A stretch of 64,000 bases of DNA from Bacteroidota bacterium (GCA_013288385.1 JABDBZ010000003.1:20477-84476), one strand, 5' to 3'. Shown: positions 47,317 to 58,077, numbered from the stretch's first letter. Program-made: numbers and translations. Notes: generated by a model not told the origin, from the letters alone.

Positions 47317-48672
47317 ATGGCCGTAAAAAAATCTCCTGCACGCAAAAAAGAAGCTACTAAAATTTTTGTCCTTGATACTTCAGTAATTATATACGATCAC
47401 ACAGCAATAAAAAATTTCGCCGAACACGATGTTGTAATACCAATAACTGTTTTAGAGGAATTGGATAATTTTAAAAAAGGTAACGATACTAAGAATTATT
47501 CTGCAAGAGAATTTACCAGATACATCGATCAATTAAGTGGCAATAATACGTTGCAAGATTGGACAGCCATCAACGGGCCAAACAGAGGCAAATTCAAAAT
47601 TGAGATGAATACGAACAGCAAAGTTAATGCAGAAAGAATTTTTGATGATAAAAAAGCTGATCATCGTATTTTAAATACTGCTTTATATACTGCAGAACAA
47701 CATCCTGACAGAAAAGTAATTTTAGTTACGAAAGATATTAATTTACGTATCAAAGCAAAATCGTTGAGTCTAAATGCCGAAGACTATGAAACAGGAAAAG
47801 TAAAAACCATTGATGAACTTTATACCGGTAGAAGCGAGATTCAAAAAATAAAACAAGATGCGATCACTAGTATTTACAATAATGGTTTTTGCAAAGCGGA
47901 AGATGTTTTAAAGAAAAATGAAATTATTCCAAATCACTATTACATTTTAAAAAATGGCAACCAAAGTGTTTTAGCGAGATATAATAAAGATAACAACACT
48001 ATTACACGCGTTGTAAAATCAGCTGCATTTGGCGTCATCCCGAAGAATGCGGAACAAGCTTTTGCTTTAGATGCCATTATGAATCCTGATTTAAAATTGG
48101 TTACGATTCAAGGTGTAGCAGGAACAGGAAAAACATTATTGTCTTTAGCAGGTGCTTTAGAGCAACGCAGAAACTATCATCAAATTTATTTAGCCCGGCC
48201 AATTGTACCATTAAGCAATAAAGATATTGGTTATTTGCCCGGTGATGTAAACAGTAAATTAAATCCATACATGGAACCACTTTGGGATAATTTAAAATTT
48301 ATCAGAAGTCAGTTCAGCGAAAAAGACAAAGAGCATAAACAATTAAATGAAATGGTTGAAAACCAAAAATTAGTTGTTTGTCCACTCGCATACATTCGTG
48401 GAAGAAGTTTAAGTAATGTTTTTTTTATTGTTGATGAAGCGCAAAACTTAACTCCTCACGAAGTAAAAACAATCATCACGCGTGCTGGTGAAAACACAAA
48501 AATTATTTTTACCGGTGATATCTATCAAATTGATACACCATATTTGGATACACAAAGTAATGGCTTGAGTTATTTAATTGATAAAGTAAAAGGACAACCA
48601 CTTTATGCGCATATTACTTTGGAAAGAGGTGAACGCAGTGAGTTAGCGAATTTGGCGAATGACTTGTTGTAG
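47317..48672 (+). CDS. PIN-PhoH fusion protein (PhoH family)
   Basis: PIN motifs VLDTSV and LVTKD.NLR; P-loop GVAGTGKT; RGRS, DEAQN and GD..QID. Confidence 0.92.
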   Translation: MAVKKSPARKKEATKIFVLDTSVIIYDHTAIKNFAEHDVVIPITVLEELDNFKKGNDTKNYSAREFTRYIDQLSGNNTLQDWTAINGPNRGKFKIEMNTNSKVNAERIFDDKKADHRILNTALYTAEQHPDRKVILVTKDINLRIKAKSLSLNAEDYETGKVKTIDELYTGRSEIQKIKQDAITSIYNNGFCKAEDVLKKNEIIPNHYYILKNGNQSVLARYNKDNNTITRVVKSAAFGVIPKNAEQAFALDAIMNPDLKLVTIQGVAGTGKTLLSLAGALEQRRNYHQIYLARPIVPLSNKDIGYLPGDVNSKLNPYMEPLWDNLKFIRSQFSEKDKEHKQLNEMVENQKLVVCPLAYIRGRSLSNVFFIVDEAQNLTPHEVKTIITRAGENTKIIFTGDIYQIDTPYLDTQSNGLSYLIDKVKGQPLYAHITLERGERSELANLANDLL

Positions 48673-48693
48673 GTAATTTCGCTGTTTTTTTAT

Positions 48694-48823
48694 TTGGGCG
48701 TGTCCCCGCAATTAATTTTTTCGTTCTGACTAATTTTTTGGGCGGGGCGGGCTTTACGTTCCAAGCTCCTCGCCTGTCCTGAGCGGCAGTCGAAGGAGGC
48801 TTTCCACTGCAATCCCTCACGCA
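48694..48823 (-). ncRNA. Flavo-1-like structured RNA/repeat, copy 2, with a REP (48773-48797) in its variable hairpin
   Basis: Shares TTGGGCGTG.CCCCGCAATTAATT, GGCGGGG and AAT..CTCACGCA with 16308-16428. Confidence 0.7.
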
Positions 48824-49011
48824 GCTTTCGGTTATTAAAAAAATTTCTTGTTCAATTTGGCTTTTTCTTGTTAAGAATATTTCGATCATGTTCCCTTTAT
48901 AAAGAACGTAGTAGGAGCTTTTAAACTACAAGACTTAATCGCATTATTGCATATCTCCTTTTTTGTACTAAATTTGTTTTGCAAAAAATTATTAATCTTA
49001 AAATTTTAATC

Positions 49012-50244
49012 ATGAAAAAACTTTTACTTTCTCTTTTAACCTTAAGTTCATTCGCATCATTTGCTCAATGGGCGTATACCACCAACAATACTTCCAATGA
49101 CTGTACAACGGCTTTTGGAAAAGCACTTGCGAGTGATGTTACCACAAGCGGATTATTTACTTCACCTGATGATGGAGCAACATGGGCTTCAAGCAATACT
49201 GGTATTCCAAGTAGTGGAGTTACATTTGGCACCTTAAGTGGCTCTTCACTTTATGCTTATAATAATAATACTGTATTTGTTTCTACAACAGGAAATAATT
49301 GGACAGCCCAAACAGGTGTAACTGCAGGTCAAATTATTAAATCAATGACTACTATCAATGGCTCTGTAATTGCTTCGGCTAGCCCTAACAGCCCTGTTAG
49401 TTTTAAAATATTTCAATTGAATGGTTCAAGCTGGGCATTGAAATCATCACCAACCAATTCAGCTATCGTTAGTGTTATTCGTAACCTTAACGGAACTTTA
49501 TTTGCGGGCACTACTAATTCAAGTGTCATTAAATCAACTGATGGCGGTATGACCTTCGCTGGCGCTTCAACAGGAATGCCAACTGAAAATATTAATAAAA
49601 TTATCAATTCTTTGGGTGCAACCAGTACCGTATTATTCTCTGGTACCCTTGGCGGAAAAATTTGCAGATCAACAGATGCAGGCGCTACATGGTCTACTGT
49701 TTATAATATTGGAGACAATAACGGATTTTATGGCATCAATGATTTTTATATTTATTCTTCAACTCAAATTTTTGCTGCAACCGATTCGGGTTTTGTTTAC
49801 AGCTTAAACAGCGGAGTAAATTGGTCGAGATATAATGTTGGTTTAAATTTTTCGAATTATGAAAATTTAATGAAACATATTACTGTAAGTGGCAATTATA
49901 TAGTTGCTGGAGTAAATACATCTGGAGGAGCAAGAATTGTTCGTTTACCAATTAGTCAAATTATAACAGGTGCTGGTTTAAACGAAAAAAGTTTAAGTAA
50001 TTTAGAAAATAAAGTTTATCCAAATCCTGCTTCTCAAACAGCACAAATCGAAGTTTCAGATCTTCAATTTGAGTCAAATTGTGAGGTGAAATTATTTGAT
50101 GGACTTGGACGTGAAGTAGGAAAATTTCCAATGACATCGGGTAAAGCACAGTTGAATTTAGAAAATAATGCGAAAGGTATATATACATTTAATGTTTTTA
50201 ATAATAACAAAACTGTAAGCAGAGGCAAATTAGTAATAAACTAA
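49012..50244 (+). CDS. Secreted beta-propeller (Asp-box/BNR) protein with T9SS sorting domain
   Basis: Signal peptide MKKLLLS, S.D.G.TW repeats and a CTD (VYPNP...KGIY...KLVIN). Confidence 0.85.
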   Translation: MKKLLLSLLTLSSFASFAQWAYTTNNTSNDCTTAFGKALASDVTTSGLFTSPDDGATWASSNTGIPSSGVTFGTLSGSSLYAYNNNTVFVSTTGNNWTAQTGVTAGQIIKSMTTINGSVIASASPNSPVSFKIFQLNGSSWALKSSPTNSAIVSVIRNLNGTLFAGTTNSSVIKSTDGGMTFAGASTGMPTENINKIINSLGATSTVLFSGTLGGKICRSTDAGATWSTVYNIGDNNGFYGINDFYIYSSTQIFAATDSGFVYSLNSGVNWSRYNVGLNFSNYENLMKHITVSGNYIVAGVNTSGGARIVRLPISQIITGAGLNEKSLSNLENKVYPNPASQTAQIEVSDLQFESNCEVKLFDGLGREVGKFPMTSGKAQLNLENNAKGIYTFNVFNNNKTVSRGKLVIN

Positions 50245-50264
50245 TTATTGTTTTTTTATTTGAA

Positions 50265-50304
50265 AATAAAAAACGGAAGACAAAAAGTTTTCCGTTTTTT
50301 TATT
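50265..50304. terminator. Intrinsic terminator
   Basis: AATAAAAAACGGAAGAC-AAAAA-GTTTTCCGTTTTTTTATT. Confidence 0.8.
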
Positions 50305-50379
50305 GAAATTTATTCTATCTAAATATTAATCATTATTTCCTTTTCTTTTTCGTAGTTTTGCCGTTTCTAATTAGAATTA

Positions 50380-51783
50380 ATGTTCTTAAAAATAAATCAT
50401 ATTAAAGTCATGCAAATAGAATTAACAATCTTATTTGTTTTATTTTCTTGTGTAAAACTTAATGCTCAAGGTAAAGATGATGAAAGTCATTTTATGGGTG
50501 TTAATTCAAATAAATTTGATTCAACGGAAAAATGGAGTTACCATTTTCAAATGACAAGTATTATGCAAGGACATGGAAGATTTCATTCACCATACTCCGG
50601 CGTAAATAGTTTACAAGATACCAGTGAGACAGCACTTTCGTTAACGACAACTTTATTTCTTGGAAGAAAATTATGGAAAGGTGCAGCAGTTTTTGTTAAT
50701 CCGGAAGTGGCAGGAGGAAAAGGAATGAGTTACGCTTTAGGAATTGCCGGCGCGGCTAATGGAGAAACGTTTCGAATTGGAAGTCCAGCCCCGGCCTTTT
50801 ACATTGCACGTGCATTTTTTCAACAACACATTGCATTAAATAAAAAAACTGAATATGAAGATGGAGAAATAAATCAATTAGGGGGTAAAGTTCCAGAATC
50901 ACGTATAACAATTAGTGCAGGTAAATTTAGTATTGCAGATTATTTTGACGGTAACAGTTATAGTCACGACCCTCGTACCGAATTTATGAATTGGTCGTTA
51001 ATGAGCAATGGTGCCTGGGATTACCCTGCAAACACAAGAGGTTACACCTGGGGTGCAGTTGTAGAACTTGTAAAACCTGGTTATGCAATTCGTGTTTCAG
51101 ATGTGTTAGTACCTCAAATTGCAAATGCACCAACATTAGATGTTGAAATTGGTAAAACACATGGTTTTACTGCAGAGTTCGAAAAAAAATTAAAAATTAA
51201 AAGTCATATAGGTTCGATCAAATTTTTAGTTTTTCATAATCAGTCACGCGCACCCTCATATAATTTAGCTGTAAATAATATGGTTCATGGCGATAGTTCG
51301 TTAAACGGAATAATTCAAGGAAAAAAATTAGGGACAACTTTTGATGGATTGAAATATGGTTTCGGAATAAATTTCTGTCAGGAATTAACTGATAACATTG
51401 GTGTTTTTGCAAGAGCAAGTTGGAATGATGGACAAACAGCTACCTGGGCGTTTACAGAAATTGATCAAAGTGCAAGTGCAGGATTGAGTATAAAAGCAAC
51501 AAAAATAAAACGACCTGATGATGTTTTTGGTTGTGCATTTGTAGCAAACGGAATTTCTCAGGCTCACATCAATTATTTAAATGCAGGTGGATATGGCTTT
51601 ATTATTGGTGATGGAAAATTACCACATTATGGTTACGAGCAAATACTTGAAACTTTTTATAAGATCAGATTAGCAAAAACTTTATGGATAACATTAGATT
51701 ATCAATATATCGTAAACGCTGCATACAATAAAGATCGTGGTCCGGTTAGCGCATTTGCCGTTAGAGGTCACGTAGAATTTTAA
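50380..51783 (+). CDS. OprB-family (carbohydrate / MnoP-like) outer-membrane porin
   Basis: NPEVAGG, NGETFRIG, GKFSIADYFD.NSYSHDPR..F.NW, AWDYPANTRGYT and a terminal Phe. Confidence 0.8.
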   Translation: MFLKINHIKVMQIELTILFVLFSCVKLNAQGKDDESHFMGVNSNKFDSTEKWSYHFQMTSIMQGHGRFHSPYSGVNSLQDTSETALSLTTTLFLGRKLWKGAAVFVNPEVAGGKGMSYALGIAGAANGETFRIGSPAPAFYIARAFFQQHIALNKKTEYEDGEINQLGGKVPESRITISAGKFSIADYFDGNSYSHDPRTEFMNWSLMSNGAWDYPANTRGYTWGAVVELVKPGYAIRVSDVLVPQIANAPTLDVEIGKTHGFTAEFEKKLKIKSHIGSIKFLVFHNQSRAPSYNLAVNNMVHGDSSLNGIIQGKKLGTTFDGLKYGFGINFCQELTDNIGVFARASWNDGQTATWAFTEIDQSASAGLSIKATKIKRPDDVFGCAFVANGISQAHINYLNAGGYGFIIGDGKLPHYGYEQILETFYKIRLAKTLWITLDYQYIVNAAYNKDRGPVSAFAVRGHVEF

Positions 51784-51797
51784 AAGGATTCAATTCA

Positions 51798-54700
51798 TTA
51801 AATTCTTTTTCTATAAAAACCATAAAATATTATTGGGAAAACCAATAGCGTTAAAATGGTAGCCGTAATTAAACCACCAATAATGACAATGGCTAACGGT
51901 TTACTGGTTTCACTTCCAATTCCTGTACTTAATGCAGCTGGCATCAATCCAATCATCGCCATTAAAGCAGTCATAATTACAGGACGAATACGAGAAAGTA
52001 CACCATGCGAAATTGCCTGATCTAATGGCATTCGCTCTTTTAAATTTTGTTTAAAGACGGAAATTAAAATAACACCATTCTGAATACAAATACCAAACAG
52101 CGCAATAAAACCAATGCCTGCAGAAATAGAAAAATTCATTTTGGTTGCCAACAAGGCCCATATACCACCAATGATAGCAAAGGGAACATTAGCAAGAACC
52201 AAAAGAGAATCGCTTGTATTACCAAACAAAATAAATAAAATTAAATAAATAAGAACTAAACTAATTGGCACAACAATACTCAAACGTTTACTTGCTCTTT
52301 GTTGATTTTCGAAATCACCATTCCAACTTAATGAACACCCTTTTCTTAATTTAATTACTTTATTTACTTTCCTTTGTGCTTCATCAACCGTGCTACCCAT
52401 ATCTCTTCCACGAATAGAAAACTTAATAGCGATAAAACGTTTATTGTCATCTCTGAATAATAAAAGAGGGCCAGTAACTGTATATATCTTGGCAAGTTCT
52501 TTTAATGGAATTTTAGCTCCGCTAATACTTGGAACTTTAATATCTCCTATTTCTTGTTCTGATGCGCGATATTGTTTATCAAATCGAATACGCACATCAA
52601 ACTTTCTATTGCCTTCGTAAAACTGTGTTGCAGCCTTGCCACCAATTGCCATTTCAATTACTGAATTACAATCTGCAGTATTAATACCAAAAGAAGCCAT
52701 GCGAGAGCGATTTAATTCTATTCTCAATTCAGGTTGACCCAAATTCCTAATAACACCTAAATCTTCAATTCCTTCAATATGATTTAAAATTGTAAAAACT
52801 CGGTCTGCTTGTTGTTCTATGTATTCTAAATCGTCACCGAAAATTTTAACGGCCAAACTTCCTTTTACACCACTCACAGCTTCTTCAACATTATCCATAA
52901 TAGGTTGAGAGAAATTAAAATTAATTCCAGGGAATCTCTTCAAATCATTTTGCATTGCAGCAATCAATTCTTCCTTTGATCTACCCGTTTTCCATTCTTC
53001 TTTCGGAAAAAGATCCACAAAAAATTCAACATTGTAAAATCCTGTTGGGTCGGTCCCATCATTTGGTCTACCTGTTTGACTCATAAGTTGCTTAACTTCC
53101 GGATATTTAGCAAAGACTTTTCGCATCTCCTTACTCAACTTCACAGCTTCATTCAACGAAATACTTAAAGGCAAATTTGCACGGACATAAATTGAGCCCT
53201 CATTTAATTGTGGTAAAAATTCACTTCCTAAAAATTTAAATGATGCAAAACCTAATACAACAACAGCACCTGCAATAATTAATGTTTTTCCGCGATGGTG
53301 CATACAAAATTGAAATGCTCCCATCACATTTCTCTGAATCCATTCAACAAAGTGGTTGTGCTTTTCTTTTACATCTTTATTTAATAAAAGAGATACTAAT
53401 ACAGGAACAAGAGTTAATGTATAAAACAAAGCACCCATTAATGCAAAACCCAAAGTATAAGCTAGAGGAGAGAACATTTTTCCTTCTACTTTTTGAAAAG
53501 AAAATATAGGAAGCAAACACGTAATGATAATTAATTTTGAAAAGAAAATAGCCTGCCCTAATTCAACACCGGTTAACTTAATAATACCTCTTTTACTTCG
53601 CTTATTGAAACTGTCCATACCCCACTCATGAGATTTTTTATCTAGTAAAACAAAAAGTCCTTCGACCATCACCACGGCCCCATCTATAATAATACCAAAA
53701 TCAATTGCACCTAACGATAATAAATTTGCATTCATCCCTTTTAAACGCAAACACATAAATGCAAATAAAAGAGCAAGTGGAATAATGATTGAAACAATTA
53801 AAGTAGTACGCCAATTAGCCATGAATAAAAGAACAATCGCTGTTACCAGAAAAATTCCTTCTAACAAATTATGTGTAACAGTTTTGGTACAAAAATTAAT
53901 TAAATTTTGACGGTTGTAAAACGGAATTAATTTTACATCGCCCGGTAAAATTTTATCATTCAGTTCGTTTATCTTATCATTTACCGCTGTAATAACTAGT
54001 CCTGGGTTTTCTCCTTTTCTCATCACCACAATACCTTCAACTACATTATTGAGTGTGTCTCTGCCAACCTGGCCAAGATGAGGCAATGAACTTGCAAACA
54101 CGTGCGCAATATTTCTTACATAAATAGGTACGCCATTTCTATAATCAATAATAACGTTTTCGATGTCTGGTATGCTTGAAAGAATTCCAAGACCTCTCAC
54201 TACATAAGCCTGATTATTTTTCTCAATCACATCGCCACCAACATTAATATTACTCTTATTTATTGCTTCATAAATATCAAGAGGTGTAAGATCATATTCA
54301 TCTAAGGCATTTTTATTTAAACTAATTTCATACGATTTCACTTCACCGCCAAAACTAACAACATCGGCTACGCCCTGTACTGATTTTAAAGCACGTTCGA
54401 TTACCCAATCCTGAAGCGTTTTTAACTGACGTGGGCCTCGGTTTTTACTTTGAATTGTATAGCGATATATTTCACCTGTTGGACCGTAAGGCGGTTGAAT
54501 TTCGGGATCAACACCATCGGGCAGATCAGCTCCACCGATTAAATTATTTACTTGTTGACGTGCATAAATATCATCCACATCATCATCAAAAATAATTTTT
54601 ACAACGCTTAGTCCAAATAAAGTAGTAGACCTAAGTGATGTTTTTTTTGCGACTGGATTGAGCGCAATTTCTAAAGGAATGGTTACAAACTTTTCAATTT

Positions 54701-54887
54701 CTTCTGCGCTTCTGCCTGGCCACTGAGTAATAATGGTAATTTGCGTATTTGTAACATCGGGGAAAGCTTCAACCGGTGTATTTTGATAACTTATAACTCC
54801 TATTGTTACTAATAGCAAAGTAATAAACAGAACAAAACCTCTTTTTTTAAGAGAATAAGATATAATAAAGGCGATTAGTTTTTTCAT
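51798..54887 (-). CDS. czcA: CusA/CzcA heavy-metal RND transporter
   Basis: EAFPDVTN, SLGAIDFGIIIDGAVVMVE, GFIALFG and RIRPVIMTA. Confidence 0.9.
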   Translation of the reverse strand: MKKLIAFIISYSLKKRGFVLFITLLLVTIGVISYQNTPVEAFPDVTNTQITIITQWPGRSAEEIEKFVTIPLEIALNPVAKKTSLRSTTLFGLSVVKIIFDDDVDDIYARQQVNNLIGGADLPDGVDPEIQPPYGPTGEIYRYTIQSKNRGPRQLKTLQDWVIERALKSVQGVADVVSFGGEVKSYEISLNKNALDEYDLTPLDIYEAINKSNINVGGDVIEKNNQAYVVRGLGILSSIPDIENVIIDYRNGVPIYVRNIAHVFASSLPHLGQVGRDTLNNVVEGIVVMRKGENPGLVITAVNDKINELNDKILPGDVKLIPFYNRQNLINFCTKTVTHNLLEGIFLVTAIVLLFMANWRTTLIVSIIIPLALLFAFMCLRLKGMNANLLSLGAIDFGIIIDGAVVMVEGLFVLLDKKSHEWGMDSFNKRSKRGIIKLTGVELGQAIFFSKLIIITCLLPIFSFQKVEGKMFSPLAYTLGFALMGALFYTLTLVPVLVSLLLNKDVKEKHNHFVEWIQRNVMGAFQFCMHHRGKTLIIAGAVVVLGFASFKFLGSEFLPQLNEGSIYVRANLPLSISLNEAVKLSKEMRKVFAKYPEVKQLMSQTGRPNDGTDPTGFYNVEFFVDLFPKEEWKTGRSKEELIAAMQNDLKRFPGINFNFSQPIMDNVEEAVSGVKGSLAVKIFGDDLEYIEQQADRVFTILNHIEGIEDLGVIRNLGQPELRIELNRSRMASFGINTADCNSVIEMAIGGKAATQFYEGNRKFDVRIRFDKQYRASEQEIGDIKVPSISGAKIPLKELAKIYTVTGPLLLFRDDNKRFIAIKFSIRGRDMGSTVDEAQRKVNKVIKLRKGCSLSWNGDFENQQRASKRLSIVVPISLVLIYLILFILFGNTSDSLLVLANVPFAIIGGIWALLATKMNFSISAGIGFIALFGICIQNGVILISVFKQNLKERMPLDQAISHGVLSRIRPVIMTALMAMIGLMPAALSTGIGSETSKPLAIVIIGGLITATILTLLVFPIIFYGFYRKRI

Positions 54888-54914
54888 TATGATTGATCGA
54901 TTTCTTACCTAACG

Positions 54915-56009
54915 TTAATCATTTATGGCATTATAAATTAATAATGCATCTTTTGTAGAAACTTTATCTTTTTTAGAAACATCTCCTTCAAAATAAGCAT
55001 AAATACTATTGGTGCTTCTTACATCAATTTTTTTCACAATTGCCGAATCAGCACTTTGAATAACCAAATAATTTATAGAGTTGTCAAAAACAACAGCAGT
55101 TTTAGGAATAGCTTTCATTATTTCACCAGACTCATACAAAATACTTATCTGTGCAAACATCTCCGGTTTTAAATAAATATTATTATCCAATTTCGCTCTT
55201 ACTTTCATTGTTTTAGTTGTGGGATCTAATACGTTTAATATTTTAGAGATTTTCCCTCTAAAAATTTTACCAGGATATGCCAATGTTGTTATATAAACAC
55301 TATCGTTCATATGCACTTTGTTTATGTCGGTTTCATAAACATTTGCATCTACATATATTTCATTTAAATCAGAAACCGTAAAAAGACTTTGCGATTGACT
55401 TCCTTGAAATTGTGTATTGGGAGAAATATTTTTTTCGATGACGTAACCACTTACCGGAGCATAAATATTAAATTCATCCGGCTTAGTGCCTTGATGATAA
55501 ATGTTTAACAGCTCTTTACTTTTTTGTAAATTATTTTTTGCTATTTGCAATTGGTTTTGTGTTAAGATGTATTCTTTTTCACTCATTAAACCACTCTTAT
55601 ATAAAGCTTTCGCGGCTTCCACATTTTTTTCCTGATTTAAAACTTCAGCTTCATCATTTTTATAATCTTTTTGTGCATCAATTAATTCAGGACTTTTGAT
55701 AGTAGCTAACAGTTGATCTTTTTGAACATAATCACCTACCTCAACCGCAACGTTTATAACAATACCGCCGGCTAAGGGGAAAATTCTTGCGCTTCTGTTT
55801 TCATCCACGCTTACCTTTCCTGTTAAATCTATACTGCTTGTTACAGGTAATTCTTGGATGTTAACCAAATTAGATTGTCTAATGAGACTATCTAGTAACT
55901 TTTTATCACTATTATCACTAGCTGTTTCGTGACTACCATGGCATGAATACATCGTAAGCAAAATGCAAGCAGGCAATACAACAAACAGGAATTGGCGATT
56001 TGATTTCAT
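54915..56009 (-). CDS. RND periplasmic adaptor (CzcB-like) lipoprotein
   Basis: Lipobox, VEVGDYVQK.Q.LA, APVSGYV, ANVYETDI and LKPEMFA. Confidence 0.9.
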   Translation of the reverse strand: MKSNRQFLFVVLPACILLTMYSCHGSHETASDNSDKKLLDSLIRQSNLVNIQELPVTSSIDLTGKVSVDENRSARIFPLAGGIVINVAVEVGDYVQKDQLLATIKSPELIDAQKDYKNDEAEVLNQEKNVEAAKALYKSGLMSEKEYILTQNQLQIAKNNLQKSKELLNIYHQGTKPDEFNIYAPVSGYVIEKNISPNTQFQGSQSQSLFTVSDLNEIYVDANVYETDINKVHMNDSVYITTLAYPGKIFRGKISKILNVLDPTTKTMKVRAKLDNNIYLKPEMFAQISILYESGEIMKAIPKTAVVFDNSINYLVIQSADSAIVKKIDVRSTNSIYAYFEGDVSKKDKVSTKDALLIYNAIND

Positions 56010-56024
56010 TTTTGTTCTTATTTT

Positions 56025-57287
56025 TTAATTAAAACTTATTATTGGTTTCCCAACAAGAAAATTTATTTGTTCTACATTATTTAATAATTCTGTTTTAATA
56101 TTCAGTAAGCTTAAATAGCTTTGCTTATAACTTTCATAATAATTTGTAAAATCAACTAATGAAATAAGTCGCTTTTTATAGCTCTCTAAAACCTTATCCA
56201 TTAAGTCGAGCAACTGCTGTTCGTAATTTGTACGATATTTATCTAACAGATCTTTATTATTATCTAAAGCACTGAAGGTTGAAATAATTTGAGCAGAAAC
56301 GGTTAATTGCTGTTGTTTCAATTTTGTTTCATTTTGATCAATAGAAAATTTACTCACTTTAATATTTCCTTGATTTCGATTGAAAACGGGTAAACTAATT
56401 CCTAATCCTAAACCATAATAATTTCTAATATAGTTTCCGCTTTTATCATACATTAATTGCACATAGGGATCCGGGACCGCCATTGCTTTACTTAAATTGT
56501 ATTGAGCCTGGGCCAATTCAACCAAGTAATTTGACGTTTTAAGATCGGGGTTATAAACTTTTGCACTGTCAATAACAGTTACCAAATTCATATTTCTAAG
56601 TTCAATAGCCTCACTTAATAAAGGCTTTATACTTGTTTCGGCACTTATGTTAAGCAACGTATTGAGTTCTGCCTGCAAATAAAAATTTCTGTTTCTATAC
56701 TCGTTAACATCTTTACTTACTTCCAATAAAAGTGATTTTATTCTTACGATCTCATTAGTTGAAATAAAGCCATTCAAAGTATTACTCTCTAAACTGCTCG
56801 ATAGAATTGCTATACTTTCCTGCTCTTCTTTTAATAATTTTAAAGCAGAAAGATTATAGAATAATTCGGCAAGATCGGTATGTAATTGTAGGCGCAATGT
56901 TCTCAAAATATTTTCGAATTCGGTTTCAGTTAATTTTGCATTGATATCCGCAATTCTGATCTGTTTATTTCTTTTTCCTGCCAATAATATCAGCTGCTGA
57001 ATCTGAACTATCGTTTCTGTATTTCCTGTTTTGGTACTGTCTTTATCGTAATTGGCTCTTGTATATTTATTAATTAAACTTTGTTCAACATAAATATTTG
57101 GATTAGGATATAATTTTGCCTGGATCTTTAATGCCTTGCTTGCCTGAATATTAAACTGAGCAGCTAACAACATCAAATTGTTTTTAATAAAAATACTATC
57201 CGCTCTTTTAATTGTTAAGCTCAAAGAATCTTTTGCGTTTCCAGATAAAAATCCAAAAATCAAAACAACAAAAACAACTATTTTCAT
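56025..57287 (-). CDS. TolC/CzcC outer-membrane efflux channel
   Basis: Motifs AKLYPNP, LAGKRNK and SLPVFNRNQGNI. Start uncertain (57287 or 57302). Confidence 0.88.
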   Translation of the reverse strand: MKIVVFVVLIFGFLSGNAKDSLSLTIKRADSIFIKNNLMLLAAQFNIQASKALKIQAKLYPNPNIYVEQSLINKYTRANYDKDSTKTGNTETIVQIQQLILLAGKRNKQIRIADINAKLTETEFENILRTLRLQLHTDLAELFYNLSALKLLKEEQESIAILSSSLESNTLNGFISTNEIVRIKSLLLEVSKDVNEYRNRNFYLQAELNTLLNISAETSIKPLLSEAIELRNMNLVTVIDSAKVYNPDLKTSNYLVELAQAQYNLSKAMAVPDPYVQLMYDKSGNYIRNYYGLGLGISLPVFNRNQGNIKVSKFSIDQNETKLKQQQLTVSAQIISTFSALDNNKDLLDKYRTNYEQQLLDLMDKVLESYKKRLISLVDFTNYYESYKQSYLSLLNIKTELLNNVEQINFLVGKPIISFN

Positions 57288-57312
57288 TTTAGTACTTATC
57301 ATTTGTTTATCT

Positions 57313-57864
57313 CTAATCAATTTTACAAACATAACCATCTTCAATATCTAATTCAATTAATCCCTTCAGCGGCAGAATTAAATCGTCCGCATTAAAATCA
57401 GAAAGGTCAAACTTAATTTCAAAATCCATGAGTATGTCGCTTGAACTGGAAGCTAAAATAATTGGGGCATAATATGCAACACACTCTTTACTTATATTAT
57501 TAATTGTCACAGTTCCTTCTGCTCTTATCAAATTGGCATATTTATTATCCTTAAATATCTGATTGAGGTTTCCTTGAATAGTTGTTTGAAACTTAAATGG
57601 TATACGTTTATCTTTATTTAAACTAACTGTATCACCCTTGATGTCATCATATCCAATCAAAGCTAAGTTATCTTCTACTACTAATAAACCTGAGTTTTGA
57701 TAAAAAACTATCTTTGTTCCAATACTTTTTCCCTTCAATTCCTTTTTTTCTAACTCACTGCTATAATTGCCAATAGACTTCCTAATAATTTGTGAATTTA
57801 AAGGCAATATGAACCCAATTAGTAAAATACTAAACAAACACTTTATATTACTTCTTAATTTCAT
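57313..57864 (-). CDS. Exported hypothetical protein heading the czc operon
   Basis: 183-aa ORF with a signal-peptide-like N-terminus; possibly a YceI-like barrel (weak). Confidence 0.6.
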   Translation of the reverse strand: MKLRSNIKCLFSILLIGFILPLNSQIIRKSIGNYSSELEKKELKGKSIGTKIVFYQNSGLLVVEDNLALIGYDDIKGDTVSLNKDKRIPFKFQTTIQGNLNQIFKDNKYANLIRAEGTVTINNISKECVAYYAPIILASSSSDILMDFEIKFDLSDFNADDLILPLKGLIELDIEDGYVCKID

Positions 57865-58006
57865 TTACCAAAGATATTAAATTCTTTAAGATGATTTAAA
57901 CGCACTTTCATGATATGTCTTTATATGCAGACTAATACAATGATTGAGCACAAAATCATTTTTTTCATATGCGTTTTTTTAAATAAAATTTTACACATCA
58001 TATGGT

Positions 58007-58077
58007 CTTGCAAAAGTCTCAGTCAAAAGATTGATATTAGTTAGATAAACTTCAACAATCGACTGAGACCCTGCAAG
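58007..58077. repeat. Imperfect inverted repeat upstream of the czc operon
   Basis: CTTGCAAAAGTCTCAGTC...GACTGAGACCCTGCAAG; pairs with G-U wobbles on the minus-strand RNA. Confidence 0.6.

Noticed and set aside
48614-48889. 91-aa minus-strand ORF
   Set aside because: It spans Flavo-1 copy 2 and its REP, and is antisense to the end of phoH.
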